From a virus, in the IMG/VR virus record IMGVR_UViG_3300018876_000008, positions 64,001 to 128,000 of that record: 64,000 bases of DNA, one strand, 5' to 3'. Under the pieces are notes generated by a model. It searched no databases. It was not told where the DNA came from and was given only the letters and a program-made list of their open reading frames with translations. This document shows, piece after piece, positions 39,305 through 48,934 of this stretch; the stretch's first letter is position 1; every line of letters begins with the position of its first letter. The translations under genes were made by a program, and so were the position numbers.

Positions 39305-39961
39305 ATGAATAGAAGTGAAGAATTAAATAAAAGAAGGGAACAATTAAAAATTGACCACGAAGCTAAGACAAATTTAGAAATGGTTAGAAAGGTCTTAGAT
39401 GGGTTAGCTTTTAAAAATTTAGATGTTAATTATGATATTAAAATTAATAAAAAACATCTAGGTGCAACATTACCATATTACTATGATATTTGGGTGGATG
39501 TTGATGTTGATAAACATTACTCAAAATCCCCTAATTATGACCAACAGTATGTGGATGTGATTTATGACTTAGAACAAAAAATAGAAAATGCATTAAGATA
39601 TGTTAATCTACAAAATTATTTTGGGGGTGTCATATTTGACTACCAAAATGATGAATTAGTAGAATTTGAAATAAATCGATTAAATGACCGATTTAAAAAA
39701 TACATTCAATCACAATTCCCCAATGTAACTGATACAGATTATATTGGTGCTGATATATATTTTTATTTTTATAAAAGTGAAACTGATAATCCATACATGA
39801 GAGTAGAATTTATAGGTAACCCTCCATTCGCCCATGACCCTGAAACGGGTGAAGATTATGATGTATTTAGTTGTGACGAATTATATGAGATGATGAACAA
39901 TTTTTATTTCACTTCTCCACTATCTTCTGAATTCGAATACGAAAACTTTACTTGCTCCTAA
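39305..39961 (+). CDS. Hypothetical protein
   Basis: 218 aa ORF. Confidence 0.65.
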   Translation: MNRSEELNKRREQLKIDHEAKTNLEMVRKVLDGLAFKNLDVNYDIKINKKHLGATLPYYYDIWVDVDVDKHYSKSPNYDQQYVDVIYDLEQKIENALRYVNLQNYFGGVIFDYQNDELVEFEINRLNDRFKKYIQSQFPNVTDTDYIGADIYFYFYKSETDNPYMRVEFIGNPPFAHDPETGEDYDVFSCDELYEMMNNFYFTSPLSSEFEYENFTCS

Positions 39962-39991
39962 TATATTAAGTATTAGTTGATATTTATCTAT

Positions 39992-41071
39992 ATGAAACAG
40001 ATTAAACTTGTCAATGTATTAAAAGAATCGGTACAAGAAATGTACTCACAAGACAAAACATCATCGGGTGTGGGAGAACTTGTATTTGACAAAATTTGGT
40101 ACTCACAACAATATGGTAACTCGGTATACTTTTCAAATTTTGATAAATCCTTAGGTTCAGTTGCTAACAGTAGTAAATTAAAGTTAACTGATAAAAAAAC
40201 GGGTGAGGAATACATTTTTGATTCCGAAGATTTAAGAAGCACTAGAAACGGTAAAACATTATACATTCCTATGGGAGAGATTAAACAACTCTACCCAAGA
40301 TTACTTTCAGATTTATTAGATAAAGAACATAAAAATAAAAATGAAAACTTAAGTGTTAATACACTAAAAACAAAAGCCTCAGGAATACCTCAACTTATAT
40401 TAGATATTTTAAAAGAAGTGTACCCAAATAATTGGGGTAAGATTGACGAACCTGGATGTGAAACATTAGAAGGGGTCATCGATATCTTTCCCGCGATGGA
40501 AGGGGAAAGATGGTCTATACTAAATTTCTTCGATACTAATCCAGGTGTAATCAGATTATTATTAGAAAAATATCAGGACGAAAACGAGGATACTACATTA
40601 GAAGGATTCAAAGATTACCTAAGAGATAATAAGGATGAATTGTTCAGAGCTGACAGTCCATTCTTACAAACATTAGTAAAGAGAAACTTACAATCATTCG
40701 AAAGAGGGTGGAAGACCGAAGCAGAGGTCATAGACATCGTTAAAAGAGAGAATCCCGAACTAACTGATGAAGACTTTGTACAATACTGTTTAGGTTCAAT
40801 ACAAGACCGTGTAAGTGGTGTAGACTTTAAAGTTAAAGGAAAGGGTTACCAAACAAAACCAGCGTCTAAAATGGAAAGATTAAGAAACGGTGGTATAAGA
40901 GTACAAACTTATGGTATGAGAGATTGGTACAAAAGAAAACCTGAGATAGATTACATACTATATTCTAACGGTAAAAACATAGCCGTATTCCCTAACAGTA
41001 ACTATACAGTTTCGAAAGATGGTAAAACAGTAACACATTTCGGACCCATAGTTAAAGATTCATTTGTATAA
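39992..41071 (+). CDS. Hypothetical protein, possible C-terminal PD-(D/E)xK nuclease-like domain
   Basis: G..TE...QD...GVDF....YQTK; VLKES leader. Confidence 0.45.
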   Translation: MKQIKLVNVLKESVQEMYSQDKTSSGVGELVFDKIWYSQQYGNSVYFSNFDKSLGSVANSSKLKLTDKKTGEEYIFDSEDLRSTRNGKTLYIPMGEIKQLYPRLLSDLLDKEHKNKNENLSVNTLKTKASGIPQLILDILKEVYPNNWGKIDEPGCETLEGVIDIFPAMEGERWSILNFFDTNPGVIRLLLEKYQDENEDTTLEGFKDYLRDNKDELFRADSPFLQTLVKRNLQSFERGWKTEAEVIDIVKRENPELTDEDFVQYCLGSIQDRVSGVDFKVKGKGYQTKPASKMERLRNGGIRVQTYGMRDWYKRKPEIDYILYSNGKNIAVFPNSNYTVSKDGKTVTHFGPIVKDSFV

Positions 41072-41113
41072 ATAAAATTATTATTCTATATTTGTCCTAT
41101 AACAAAGACAGAT

Positions 41114-41404
41114 ATGAGTAAATACCGAGTAGTTCGAGAAGATTATTATAATGAACGGGGTATCTCTTTTGATACATGTTTCTTTATTCAAAAACAAAAA
41201 TCATTTCTATTTTTTAAAAGATGGGTATATATCACACATAAGGATGTGGGAATTAAAACTCTAAATAAAGTACCTCTACATTTTAAAGGTGGACTACTCG
41301 AAGCTGAAGATTTTATTAAAGATGTTCTCAGTAAAGATATTATGATTAATGGTCATCATCTTTCTGTCCTAAAAGAGTATGACTCTAAGGGTGTCAGTAT
41401 ATAA
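41114..41404 (+). CDS. Hypothetical protein
   Basis: KYRVV...FIQKQKSFLFF..W; TATATTTG promoter. Confidence 0.55.
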   Translation: MSKYRVVREDYYNERGISFDTCFFIQKQKSFLFFKRWVYITHKDVGIKTLNKVPLHFKGGLLEAEDFIKDVLSKDIMINGHHLSVLKEYDSKGVSI

Positions 41405-42200
41405 ATTTCTAAATTTTTTTGTGTCTACATTTCTCAGGCGGGGGGTCTTTAAAAAACTTTCTATTGTAAACCTCAAGGTTATAACTCCAAAGTTTCTTCA
41501 ATATATTATATAAGAGATTCATTTATATAGAGTCCATAAGATAATACCCACTCTTTACATATACACAGTAAAAGAAAGGGGTATTGTATGGATATACATA
41601 TAAAGGTTAAGAAAAGGGGGTATCTATATGAGTAAACATATAATCCCTAATAAAAGGGTGTGGAGTATAGTCTATTATATAATACACTACCTATAATTCT
41701 CCGTAAGGAGAAGAAAACCAAAGTGTAGTGTGAGTATAGACTCATATAAGAACACCCTCTTAATAGAAAATCACCCAAAATCACGGTTTCATCTACGAAA
41801 CACTCTACAAAACACCACTTAGAACACCATTAACCGATATATAGGGATGGTGCCCACTAGTATTTCTAAATAGGGGATTCCGACAGTAAGGGAGGGGGTT
41901 ATGACCATTAGTGAACATAATCACCTAAAAGTATAACTAAATGGGGATTTCACCGATGAAAACAAAGATTTTTTAGGTATCTGTCGGAATAAACTCTTTG
42001 GAAATATTATTAAATGGTGTAAAACTAATGATTTAATATACTTAATTAATCATTCATATGCCGGAATCGGTTCCTTCGGACCTCTTTCTCGACCTTCGGT
42101 CGGTCTTTTTTCTTCTAAAAAATTTTTTTTTAACGGGTCCTTCGTCCCGTATTATTTACACCTTTTTAAGAAAGTCTTTAAACATAAAGGGGTCACATAT
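41405..42200. other. ORF-free control region with palindromes and GAA-loop hairpins
   Basis: Shares an 18 bp palindrome with 26393; three C-GAA-G hairpins on minus strand at 42069-42150. Confidence 0.55.
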
Positions 42201-42210
42201 ATTTATAGTT

Positions 42211-42732
42211 ATGGATTTTAATTTAATGAGTGACATGTTTAATAGAATAATGCCTAAATCATATGAAGATTTATCTAAGTATTCTAATATGGTTATGGAC
42301 CATACTTTATTAGATGGTAAGATAAAGAATATTGAATTAAAGTTTGAACCTTCTAAAGAACCTATTAAATATGGTGGATGGGAAATGAGACAACCCGGTA
42401 CTTTAGTTGTTAATGTATTTTTAAATACAGAAAATTTTTATGGAATATCTGATAGTATACCAGGGATAGAAAAGACATATGAATTAATGCCTGAACTTGA
42501 AGCCGACACTTTTTTAGAATTTAATGGATACGAATTTATAAAAAACATAATCTTCCCATATATTTCAAAAAAGTTTCTTAGATTATTAGGGTTGTCATTT
42601 AATGATATCCCTTATATAGAATTTAATCTTATTAATCACAAAGGTGATGTTTTAGTTAATTACGAAGAAGATTTGGATACGTATGTTAGACCTTATTTGT
42701 TTGACAAACGTTTGTGGAAAAAAATAGATTAA
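42211..42732 (+). CDS. Hypothetical protein
   Basis: Start reassigned to ATG 4 nt after ATATTTAT (42199). Confidence 0.6.
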   Translation: MDFNLMSDMFNRIMPKSYEDLSKYSNMVMDHTLLDGKIKNIELKFEPSKEPIKYGGWEMRQPGTLVVNVFLNTENFYGISDSIPGIEKTYELMPELEADTFLEFNGYEFIKNIIFPYISKKFLRLLGLSFNDIPYIEFNLINHKGDVLVNYEEDLDTYVRPYLFDKRLWKKID

Positions 42733-43610
42733 AGTTCGTACTTACCTTTATTGGTTTCTAACCAATTAACAAACATATCTAATACTTCAAAGTCAACGTC
42801 CTCAAGGTATTCACCATAATTTAAATTATTTAAACCATCATAAGATGGTAAAGTAACTTGAATTAATACTGATATATTTTCAGTGAAAATATTATCATAG
42901 ACCATACCTGAATCGTATAGCATATCATAAAATGATGAGAATATATCACCATCAACGTTAAAGTGTCTATCTCTTGATTCTTCAGTAACTAAATTAGATA
43001 TTAATTCAAAAATATAATCAGGAGAAACCTCTTCAGATATACCTTCAACACTCTCTATAAAATCGTTAATAGTTTTACGAGTAAACGGATTACCATTTAA
43101 TTTTAATAATTCAGGATTATTTATTATTGCATCAAAACGAATAAAATCTTCATCCTCTAATTCAAAATAATAATTTATTTTACTATTGTATCCTTCTAAT
43201 AGTAAACTCTTAACAGTAGAGTTTAAAGGGAGTGTAACTTTAAAGTATTTAGTTATGTTTTTATAGTAATCTTGAATATTATTTTTAAGTTTATCACTTA
43301 AAGTTAAATTATTCCCAATTTTTTTACCATTTAAAATCACATTTCTAATATAAAAAGTTTTATTTAGAACTTTAGGTATATTGAAATAGGGTGAGTCTTT
43401 CATAAAAAGAGAAACAAACATATCTGAAAACATGACTTTAGTTAATATTGGTACAGGAAAATCTCCTTCCACAAAGATATCGATTGGTCTCAAACCATTA
43501 TCAGGTTCTTTCTCTCCCAATTCATAAGTTATATCCATACCCATATACTTAGAACGAGTTTGGTTCATAAATTGAATTAACATGTCGAATTTGGTATCCA
43601 TTTCACTCAT
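42729..43610 (-). CDS. Hypothetical protein
   Basis: 293 aa ORF. Confidence 0.65.
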   Translation of the reverse strand: MSEMDTKFDMLIQFMNQTRSKYMGMDITYELGEKEPDNGLRPIDIFVEGDFPVPILTKVMFSDMFVSLFMKDSPYFNIPKVLNKTFYIRNVILNGKKIGNNLTLSDKLKNNIQDYYKNITKYFKVTLPLNSTVKSLLLEGYNSKINYYFELEDEDFIRFDAIINNPELLKLNGNPFTRKTINDFIESVEGISEEVSPDYIFELISNLVTEESRDRHFNVDGDIFSSFYDMLYDSGMVYDNIFTENISVLIQVTLPSYDGLNNLNYGEYLEDVDFEVLDMFVNWLETNKGKYEL

Positions 43611-43665
43611 AACCTATAAATAGTTACGTAAAACATATTTAACCGAACAACTAATATTTATTAAT

Positions 43666-44028
43666 ATGAGTAACAAAGTTGCATTAGAGTTATTAAGGGA
43701 CTTTTTCATGATGCTTGGGCCCAAGAGACCTACCGAGTTTTATAACTTTGTGGTGACCCCTTATAAGGATTATAAGGAGGGTTCTCACGTTATATCTTTT
43801 AACCTATCAGATAAGTTAAAGGAAGAGTTGAATATTGATATAAATATGTTACCATTAAGTGCCAGTTCTTTAGAGAATTTGATTTTGTCTCACATGACTA
43901 GTGAGACCGGAGTTAATCAAAAATTTATGAATCTAATAGATTTTATTAAATCTTTACCTGATTTTAAAAAAAAGATTGACAACTATTTTGAAAAACAAAA
44001 TATAGATATTATATTTGAGTTCCAATAG
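43666..44028 (+). CDS. Hypothetical protein
   Basis: ORF. Confidence 0.55.
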   Translation: MSNKVALELLRDFFMMLGPKRPTEFYNFVVTPYKDYKEGSHVISFNLSDKLKEELNIDINMLPLSASSLENLILSHMTSETGVNQKFMNLIDFIKSLPDFKKKIDNYFEKQNIDIIFEFQ

Positions 44029-44056
44029 TATTCCATAAATTATTTAAACAGAAAGA

Positions 44057-44272
44057 ATGGGAAATGCAGAGAAAATTAATCAACTTGAAAAACAGATTAA
44101 AGTTTTGGAGGATGAGAAATCAACTATACAAGAACAGTGTAGTCATAAAGAAACTCGTGTCCAATTCGAAAAAGGTACCAGTAATATGAGATTGTACTGC
44201 TGTGAATGTAATAGACAATTAGGTTTTCCTTCACAGAGCGAAATCGATAAATTTTTAAACGTAAAAAAATAA
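44057..44272 (+). CDS. Small coiled-coil plus zinc-ribbon protein
   Basis: CSH...CCEC. Confidence 0.55.
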   Translation: MGNAEKINQLEKQIKVLEDEKSTIQEQCSHKETRVQFEKGTSNMRLYCCECNRQLGFPSQSEIDKFLNVKK

Positions 44273-44275
44273 AAT

Positions 44276-44383
44276 ATGGCTTGTGAAAATTGTACGTGTA
44301 ACAAAGACAAATGTCTTAACGAAGGTTGTACTTGCACTAACTGTGAGTGTAAATTTATAGATAATACCTCTGAGGAGGTTTAG
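44276..44383 (+). CDS. Metallothionein-like peptide (35 aa, 8 Cys; not in ORF track)
   Basis: MACENCTCNKDKCLNEGCTCTNCECKFIDNTSEEV*. Confidence 0.7.
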   Translation: MACENCTCNKDKCLNEGCTCTNCECKFIDNTSEEV

Positions 44384-44440
44384 GACCGCTTATGTTTATG
44401 GGCGATTTTAAGGGGGAAGGTTCGCTACCGTCTCCCTTTT

Positions 44441-45199
44441 CTATTTTCTAAAACCTTTGATTTCTTTTCTGTTAACCACATCAATTAAACTCTTTAATTG
44501 GTTAACTCTATTAGATATAACTGATTGCATTAATTCTAAGGTTTCAATATCATATTCACCATTAACGAAGTTCATAAAATCCTCCGATTTTATTTCTGGC
44601 TGTACCTCAACATCTTCATTTAATTTTGATGTATCTGAGTTCATCGGTACTTCTTTAATGTCATCTACAATTTGTTCAGTATCCCAAGTGTCACCCCACT
44701 CCTCATATAAAAACTTACCATCAGATACGTCAATTTCACGATAATCAATTTGTTTTTTGATAAACTCTTTTGAATATCCTTCAACAAATAATTTATAATA
44801 ATCGCCTTTTCTACCGGTATATCTTTCTTCAGCTAATACTTCAAATTTTTTAAGAGTTGGTACGACATACTTAGTTTTATCAGTTTCACCATCACGAATT
44901 AGTTCAATATTTTCTAATATGAAATTTCCATATAAATCTTCAATAATTCCATCAAATTTAGGTAAACCAAATAAAGATAAATTTTTAATAATTAAAGGTT
45001 TTAAACTTGTACTGTAATTTGAATCAGTAAAATCGATATCATCAAAATCTTCTACATAATCAAATGGTTCAGGGTTTTTTTCTTTTAAAAATAATAACAT
45101 AGTTATAAGTGCGTCTATATTAATTGAAGGAGCAACAACCTTTTTAAAACTTTGTTCTGTTATCATCATAATATTTTTGATTCTTTTAACTGTAGACAT
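44441..45199 (-). CDS. Hypothetical protein
   Basis: MSTVKRIKNIMMITEQ leader; ATATTTAT at 45218-45225 (minus). Confidence 0.65.
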   Translation of the reverse strand: MSTVKRIKNIMMITEQSFKKVVAPSINIDALITMLLFLKEKNPEPFDYVEDFDDIDFTDSNYSTSLKPLIIKNLSLFGLPKFDGIIEDLYGNFILENIELIRDGETDKTKYVVPTLKKFEVLAEERYTGRKGDYYKLFVEGYSKEFIKKQIDYREIDVSDGKFLYEEWGDTWDTEQIVDDIKEVPMNSDTSKLNEDVEVQPEIKSEDFMNFVNGEYDIETLELMQSVISNRVNQLKSLIDVVNRKEIKGFRK

Positions 45200-45254
45200 G
45201 TATAGTTTTATTTTTAAATAAATATCTGAATATTTATATTAAAACAATACTAAA

Positions 45255-46109
45255 GTGAATTTTGAACAAATAGTACCCTTAATAAAAAAATTTATCGATA
45301 AGGTAGTTAATCTTGATAAAACATTATCAAAACCAAGCGCCGGATTTATTATTAATAGAATGTTAACACTACCAGGTGCTAGTAGATTAGTTAGGTCTTC
45401 TTTCAATAACAAAGAAATAGTTCAATTAGCATATGCAGTTTATTTCATGTTTAAAGGTAACAGTTTGGAAGCTGCAATATGGAAATCTAAAAATGATTTA
45501 AGTCTCTTAAAATTAAGAGAAGTTGGGGATTCATATACATTAGAAATAGAATGTGAGGAATGTTATGGTGATGGCTATATAGATTGTGATGAATGTGAAG
45601 GTTCAGGTAATGAAGAATGTGAGGAATGTGAAGGTACAGGGTTAGTTTATGACGTAGATGTATCTGATGAGGACATGGAGTGTCAGGAATGCGAGGGTAC
45701 AGGACAACGTCCTTGTTGGACATGTTCGGAAAGTGGGGGACATGTTGATTGTGATAATTGTGTTGGTTCAGGGACTCATGATGATGATGAGGATACCGTA
45801 TTTTATAATGATTCTGTTTGGGTAATCGGAAATCCTGAATTAAGTCAAAAATTAGATTCTTTAGAACAAGGTACATTTATTCCGAATATAGAGGAGTTAT
45901 TAGATGAATATAAAGGGGATATAGTACTTTTATCGTGGGTTGAGGAAGCGGATAGTGAACCGATATATGATTTTGAAAGTACGTATGGAAATTATTCAGA
46001 TTTACACAAAAGTGAATCTATTGAATTCTTAAGAGATTATAAAGAGACTAGTCCATCTAGTTTTATAGAAAAACCCTCAAATAAAAATCTTATAGGTTAT
46101 AGAATCTAA
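45255..46109 (+). CDS. DnaJ-type zinc-finger (CxxCxGxG repeat) protein
   Basis: Six CxxC units, mostly CxxCxGxG; no J-domain HPD motif. Confidence 0.75.
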   Translation: MNFEQIVPLIKKFIDKVVNLDKTLSKPSAGFIINRMLTLPGASRLVRSSFNNKEIVQLAYAVYFMFKGNSLEAAIWKSKNDLSLLKLREVGDSYTLEIECEECYGDGYIDCDECEGSGNEECEECEGTGLVYDVDVSDEDMECQECEGTGQRPCWTCSESGGHVDCDNCVGSGTHDDDEDTVFYNDSVWVIGNPELSQKLDSLEQGTFIPNIEELLDEYKGDIVLLSWVEEADSEPIYDFESTYGNYSDLHKSESIEFLRDYKETSPSSFIEKPSNKNLIGYRI

Positions 46110-46114
46110 ATATT

Positions 46115-46396
46115 TTAGATTGAATACTTACTTATAAATCTTTTTATTTTATTAATATTACCAAATGATTTTAATACGATAGTTCCCCCATCTCTAGTTA
46201 TAGATACTGATAAATTATCCATATCGTAAATAATTTTATGTGTATCATTTTCCTTTATTAACTTTTTATTGTTAAACGTACTTAATTTAAATCCTAAATT
46301 AATAAGATATTCTTGTATGTCATCTTTAGGAATAAAAGATGGTTCACTCTTTTTAATTCCAAATAAATTTTTTAAAAAATTAATCATCTCTCTCAT
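46115..46396 (-). CDS. Hypothetical protein
   Basis: ORF. Confidence 0.5.
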   Translation of the reverse strand: MREMINFLKNLFGIKKSEPSFIPKDDIQEYLINLGFKLSTFNNKKLIKENDTHKIIYDMDNLSVSITRDGGTIVLKSFGNINKIKRFISKYSI

Positions 46397-46688
46397 CTAT
46401 TAATGGGTATTCTTTATTGATGTGTTTTAGTCTGTTCTCCAACCAACTATTATAGGTTTCATCACTTTCTAAAATACCGTACCTATTTAATGTATCCCTT
46501 AAAATTGAAACTTCATTTCTAATATCATCCATTAATTTCCAAATGTAGGGAGGGGCTTTACTTACATTCTGAATACTTACACTGGTATGGTTTGCGGATT
46601 GCAAATATTTTCTTAATTCAGTATACATTTCGACAATTTTATTGTCGGCTTTAGTTTTATCTAAAAATTTTTCCATTGAAGTACTCAT
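46380..46688 (-). CDS. Hypothetical protein
   Basis: ATATTTAT 4 nt upstream. Confidence 0.55.
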   Translation of the reverse strand: MSTSMEKFLDKTKADNKIVEMYTELRKYLQSANHTSVSIQNVSKAPPYIWKLMDDIRNEVSILRDTLNRYGILESDETYNSWLENRLKHINKEYPLIDERDD

Positions 46689-46708
46689 GACTATAAATAT
46701 AGTCGAGT

Positions 46709-46963
46709 TTATAAAGTATGAAGTATATTTTTATAAACTAATGAAAGATTTTCACCGCCAGTATTATTTTGATAAAATTCTAAATCTCCTGTATGTGTTG
46801 TGTCTTGAGACCAGTAAGTTTCTGTCTCATTTTTGATAGTTTCGATAGTATAAGTTTCTATATTATCAATTTTAAGTACGTTAAATATTTCAGTTAAATC
46901 CTCTTTTGTGAATTTACCGTGTATTTGTATCGTTTTAGTTTTTAAATCTAATGTGAATTTCAT
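46709..46963 (-). CDS. Hypothetical protein
   Basis: ORF. Confidence 0.5.
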   Translation of the reverse strand: MKFTLDLKTKTIQIHGKFTKEDLTEIFNVLKIDNIETYTIETIKNETETYWSQDTTHTGDLEFYQNNTGGENLSLVYKNILHTL

Positions 46964-47220
46964 TATTTTTCTTTAGTTTCTTTAGTTTCTATATTTTTAG
47001 TGAAACAATTACCTTCATTGATATTATTCCACAAATAGTATAGTAAAAAAACAGAAAGTAGTAAAGAAATTGATTCTACAATCCAAAATTCTTTGGAGTA
47101 ACCACATTCACTTATAATATAACCTTTAAATGTATCAACCACTGATAGTAGTGATAACCCAATAAAGATTAATATAACTTTTTGATACTTTAGACAAAAT
47201 TTTAAATGTTTGTTAAACAT
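46963..47220 (-). CDS. Small membrane protein
   Basis: Two TM segments; TATATTTG 4 nt upstream. Confidence 0.5.
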   Translation of the reverse strand: MFNKHLKFCLKYQKVILIFIGLSLLSVVDTFKGYIISECGYSKEFWIVESISLLLSVFLLYYLWNNINEGNCFTKNIETKETKEK

Positions 47221-47221
47221 G

Positions 47222-47845
47222 TTACAAATATACATCTAATGTGTCAGCATCAGTACTAAATTCGTCTATGAAATCCTGAGTGAATTTACCATCTTTTCTT
47301 AGATATTCAACAGGTATGTTACTAAAAACCCAATCTAAACAAAGTATAGCTACTAAATGCTTGTCTTTATCATATATCGGTACGGCGCAATGTCCTTTAG
47401 TTCCACTAGAATAAGCCAATGACCTCAAACCAATATCATTCATATCTTCGATATTTGGAAAATACATATTATTTTCCATAACATCTTTTATGTAACTAGT
47501 AAAACTAGTGATTAAATGATTTTGATTTTTTTCGGCTTTTCGTTCTAATCCATCAGAACATCTTTCATAAGTAATTGATAATTTTTGCATAGGTGAAGTA
47601 GTATAAAAACTACCACCATTATGAAATTGCCATATATATACTCTATCGGCGTTATATCTTCGCCTAACGTCTCTTATTGCGAGATGTACTATTTCATCTC
47701 TTTTGATTTGTTCCATTAGTTTTTCTTTAGACTTATTTTTTTCTTGTTTTTCTCTCATTTGTCTAAAGAAACCTGCACCAACTAAAGCGACAATAATTGA
47801 TGTTATAGAGGTTATTAAAACTTCCGTTATTCTTATCCAGTCCAT
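47222..47845 (-). CDS. TM + GAF-like domain protein (T4 gpT-like holin candidate)
   Basis: Single N-terminal TM; ADRVYIWQFHNG; AVPI...LVAILCLDW. Confidence 0.55.
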   Translation of the reverse strand: MDWIRITEVLITSITSIIVALVGAGFFRQMREKQEKNKSKEKLMEQIKRDEIVHLAIRDVRRRYNADRVYIWQFHNGGSFYTTSPMQKLSITYERCSDGLERKAEKNQNHLITSFTSYIKDVMENNMYFPNIEDMNDIGLRSLAYSSGTKGHCAVPIYDKDKHLVAILCLDWVFSNIPVEYLRKDGKFTQDFIDEFSTDADTLDVYL

Positions 47846-47878
47846 TAAATCGTAATTTATATCTTATAAATATGTGGT

Positions 47879-48118
47879 TTAGAGGACTTTTTTTGTTTTT
47901 TCAACTCTTTTAGTCCCAAAATTTACTTTGTACCACAATCTCTCGTGTATAAAATAAAGAATCATCTTGGTTACAATCTCAAATGAACCGATAGTTAAAC
48001 CAATTAGTGGGTCACCTGAAACAAACCATCCAATTAACATTGTGTCAATAGTACCTACAATTCTCCATGTTATAGTTTTTAGTAGATGTCTTTTTACTGT
48101 TACTTTTGTTTTTACCAT
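47879..48118 (-). CDS. DUF2061 family membrane protein
   Basis: RHLLKTITWRIVGTIDT...KMILYFIHERLW. Confidence 0.85.
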   Translation of the reverse strand: MVKTKVTVKRHLLKTITWRIVGTIDTMLIGWFVSGDPLIGLTIGSFEIVTKMILYFIHERLWYKVNFGTKRVEKTKKVL

Positions 48119-48189
48119 ATAGTATAAGTATCTAAGTAAAAAATACTAAGTAAATAAATCCCCCACAATTAGGTGAGGGATTTAAAAAA

Positions 48190-48861
48190 TTACTTCTTAC
48201 TACGAATCACCTCATCGATAATTCCATACTCTAAAGCCTCTTCCGATGATAACCACAAATCACGGGACGCATCCTGTTTTACTTTTTCGGGGTCTTTATC
48301 ACAAAATTCACCAAGTAGGTTAAATAATGTGTCATTTAGTTTAGTCCATTCTTTCATTGTAATTTCAGCATCTTGAATGTTACCTACCGCACCTCCCGAT
48401 GATTGATGTAACATTGTACGAGAAAATCTAAGTGATGAACGTTTACCTTTAGTTCCCGCTCCCAATAGAATTGAACCCATAGATGCCGCCATACCTGTAT
48501 TTACTGTAACAATATCAGATTTAATGTAGTGCATAACATCGACCATTGAAAGTCCTGATTTAACCGAACCACCAGGTGAATCAATATGCATCGTTATATC
48601 CATATTATCGACAGAATCTAAATACATAAGTTGTGCTTGTACCACTGTTGACATTGCGTCATTAACAGGTCCTGCAACCCATAAAAGACGGTCTCTCATT
48701 AATCTTGAGAAGATATCTAATTGTACTGCCCTCATCTCTCTTTCTTCTAAAATGTAAGGGGTCATAGAACCCTCAAGTTCTTTTTTAATGTGATGCATTG
48801 TTAATGAAGATAAATTATGTTCACTCATTGCATACTTTTGAAAATCTTTTCCGTAATCCAT
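48190..48861 (-). CDS. clpP: ATP-dependent Clp protease proteolytic subunit
   Basis: DIFSRLMRDR, IDSPGG, GMAASMG (Ser), MLHQ (His), RDLW (Asp). Confidence 0.95.
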   Translation of the reverse strand: MDYGKDFQKYAMSEHNLSSLTMHHIKKELEGSMTPYILEEREMRAVQLDIFSRLMRDRLLWVAGPVNDAMSTVVQAQLMYLDSVDNMDITMHIDSPGGSVKSGLSMVDVMHYIKSDIVTVNTGMAASMGSILLGAGTKGKRSSLRFSRTMLHQSSGGAVGNIQDAEITMKEWTKLNDTLFNLLGEFCDKDPEKVKQDASRDLWLSSEEALEYGIIDEVIRSKK

Positions 48862-48934
48862 ATTTTTTTAATTTTAGTTCTACCGTTATATTTATAGTAA
48901 CAAAGGTAAGTAAAAAAAACCAAATAGAAAAGAT

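Noticed and set aside
41786-41801. GTTTCATCTACGAAAC as a parS site
   Set aside because: Half-site spacing is 2 bp longer than GTTTCACGTGAAAC and no parAB is present; kept only as a generic palindrome.
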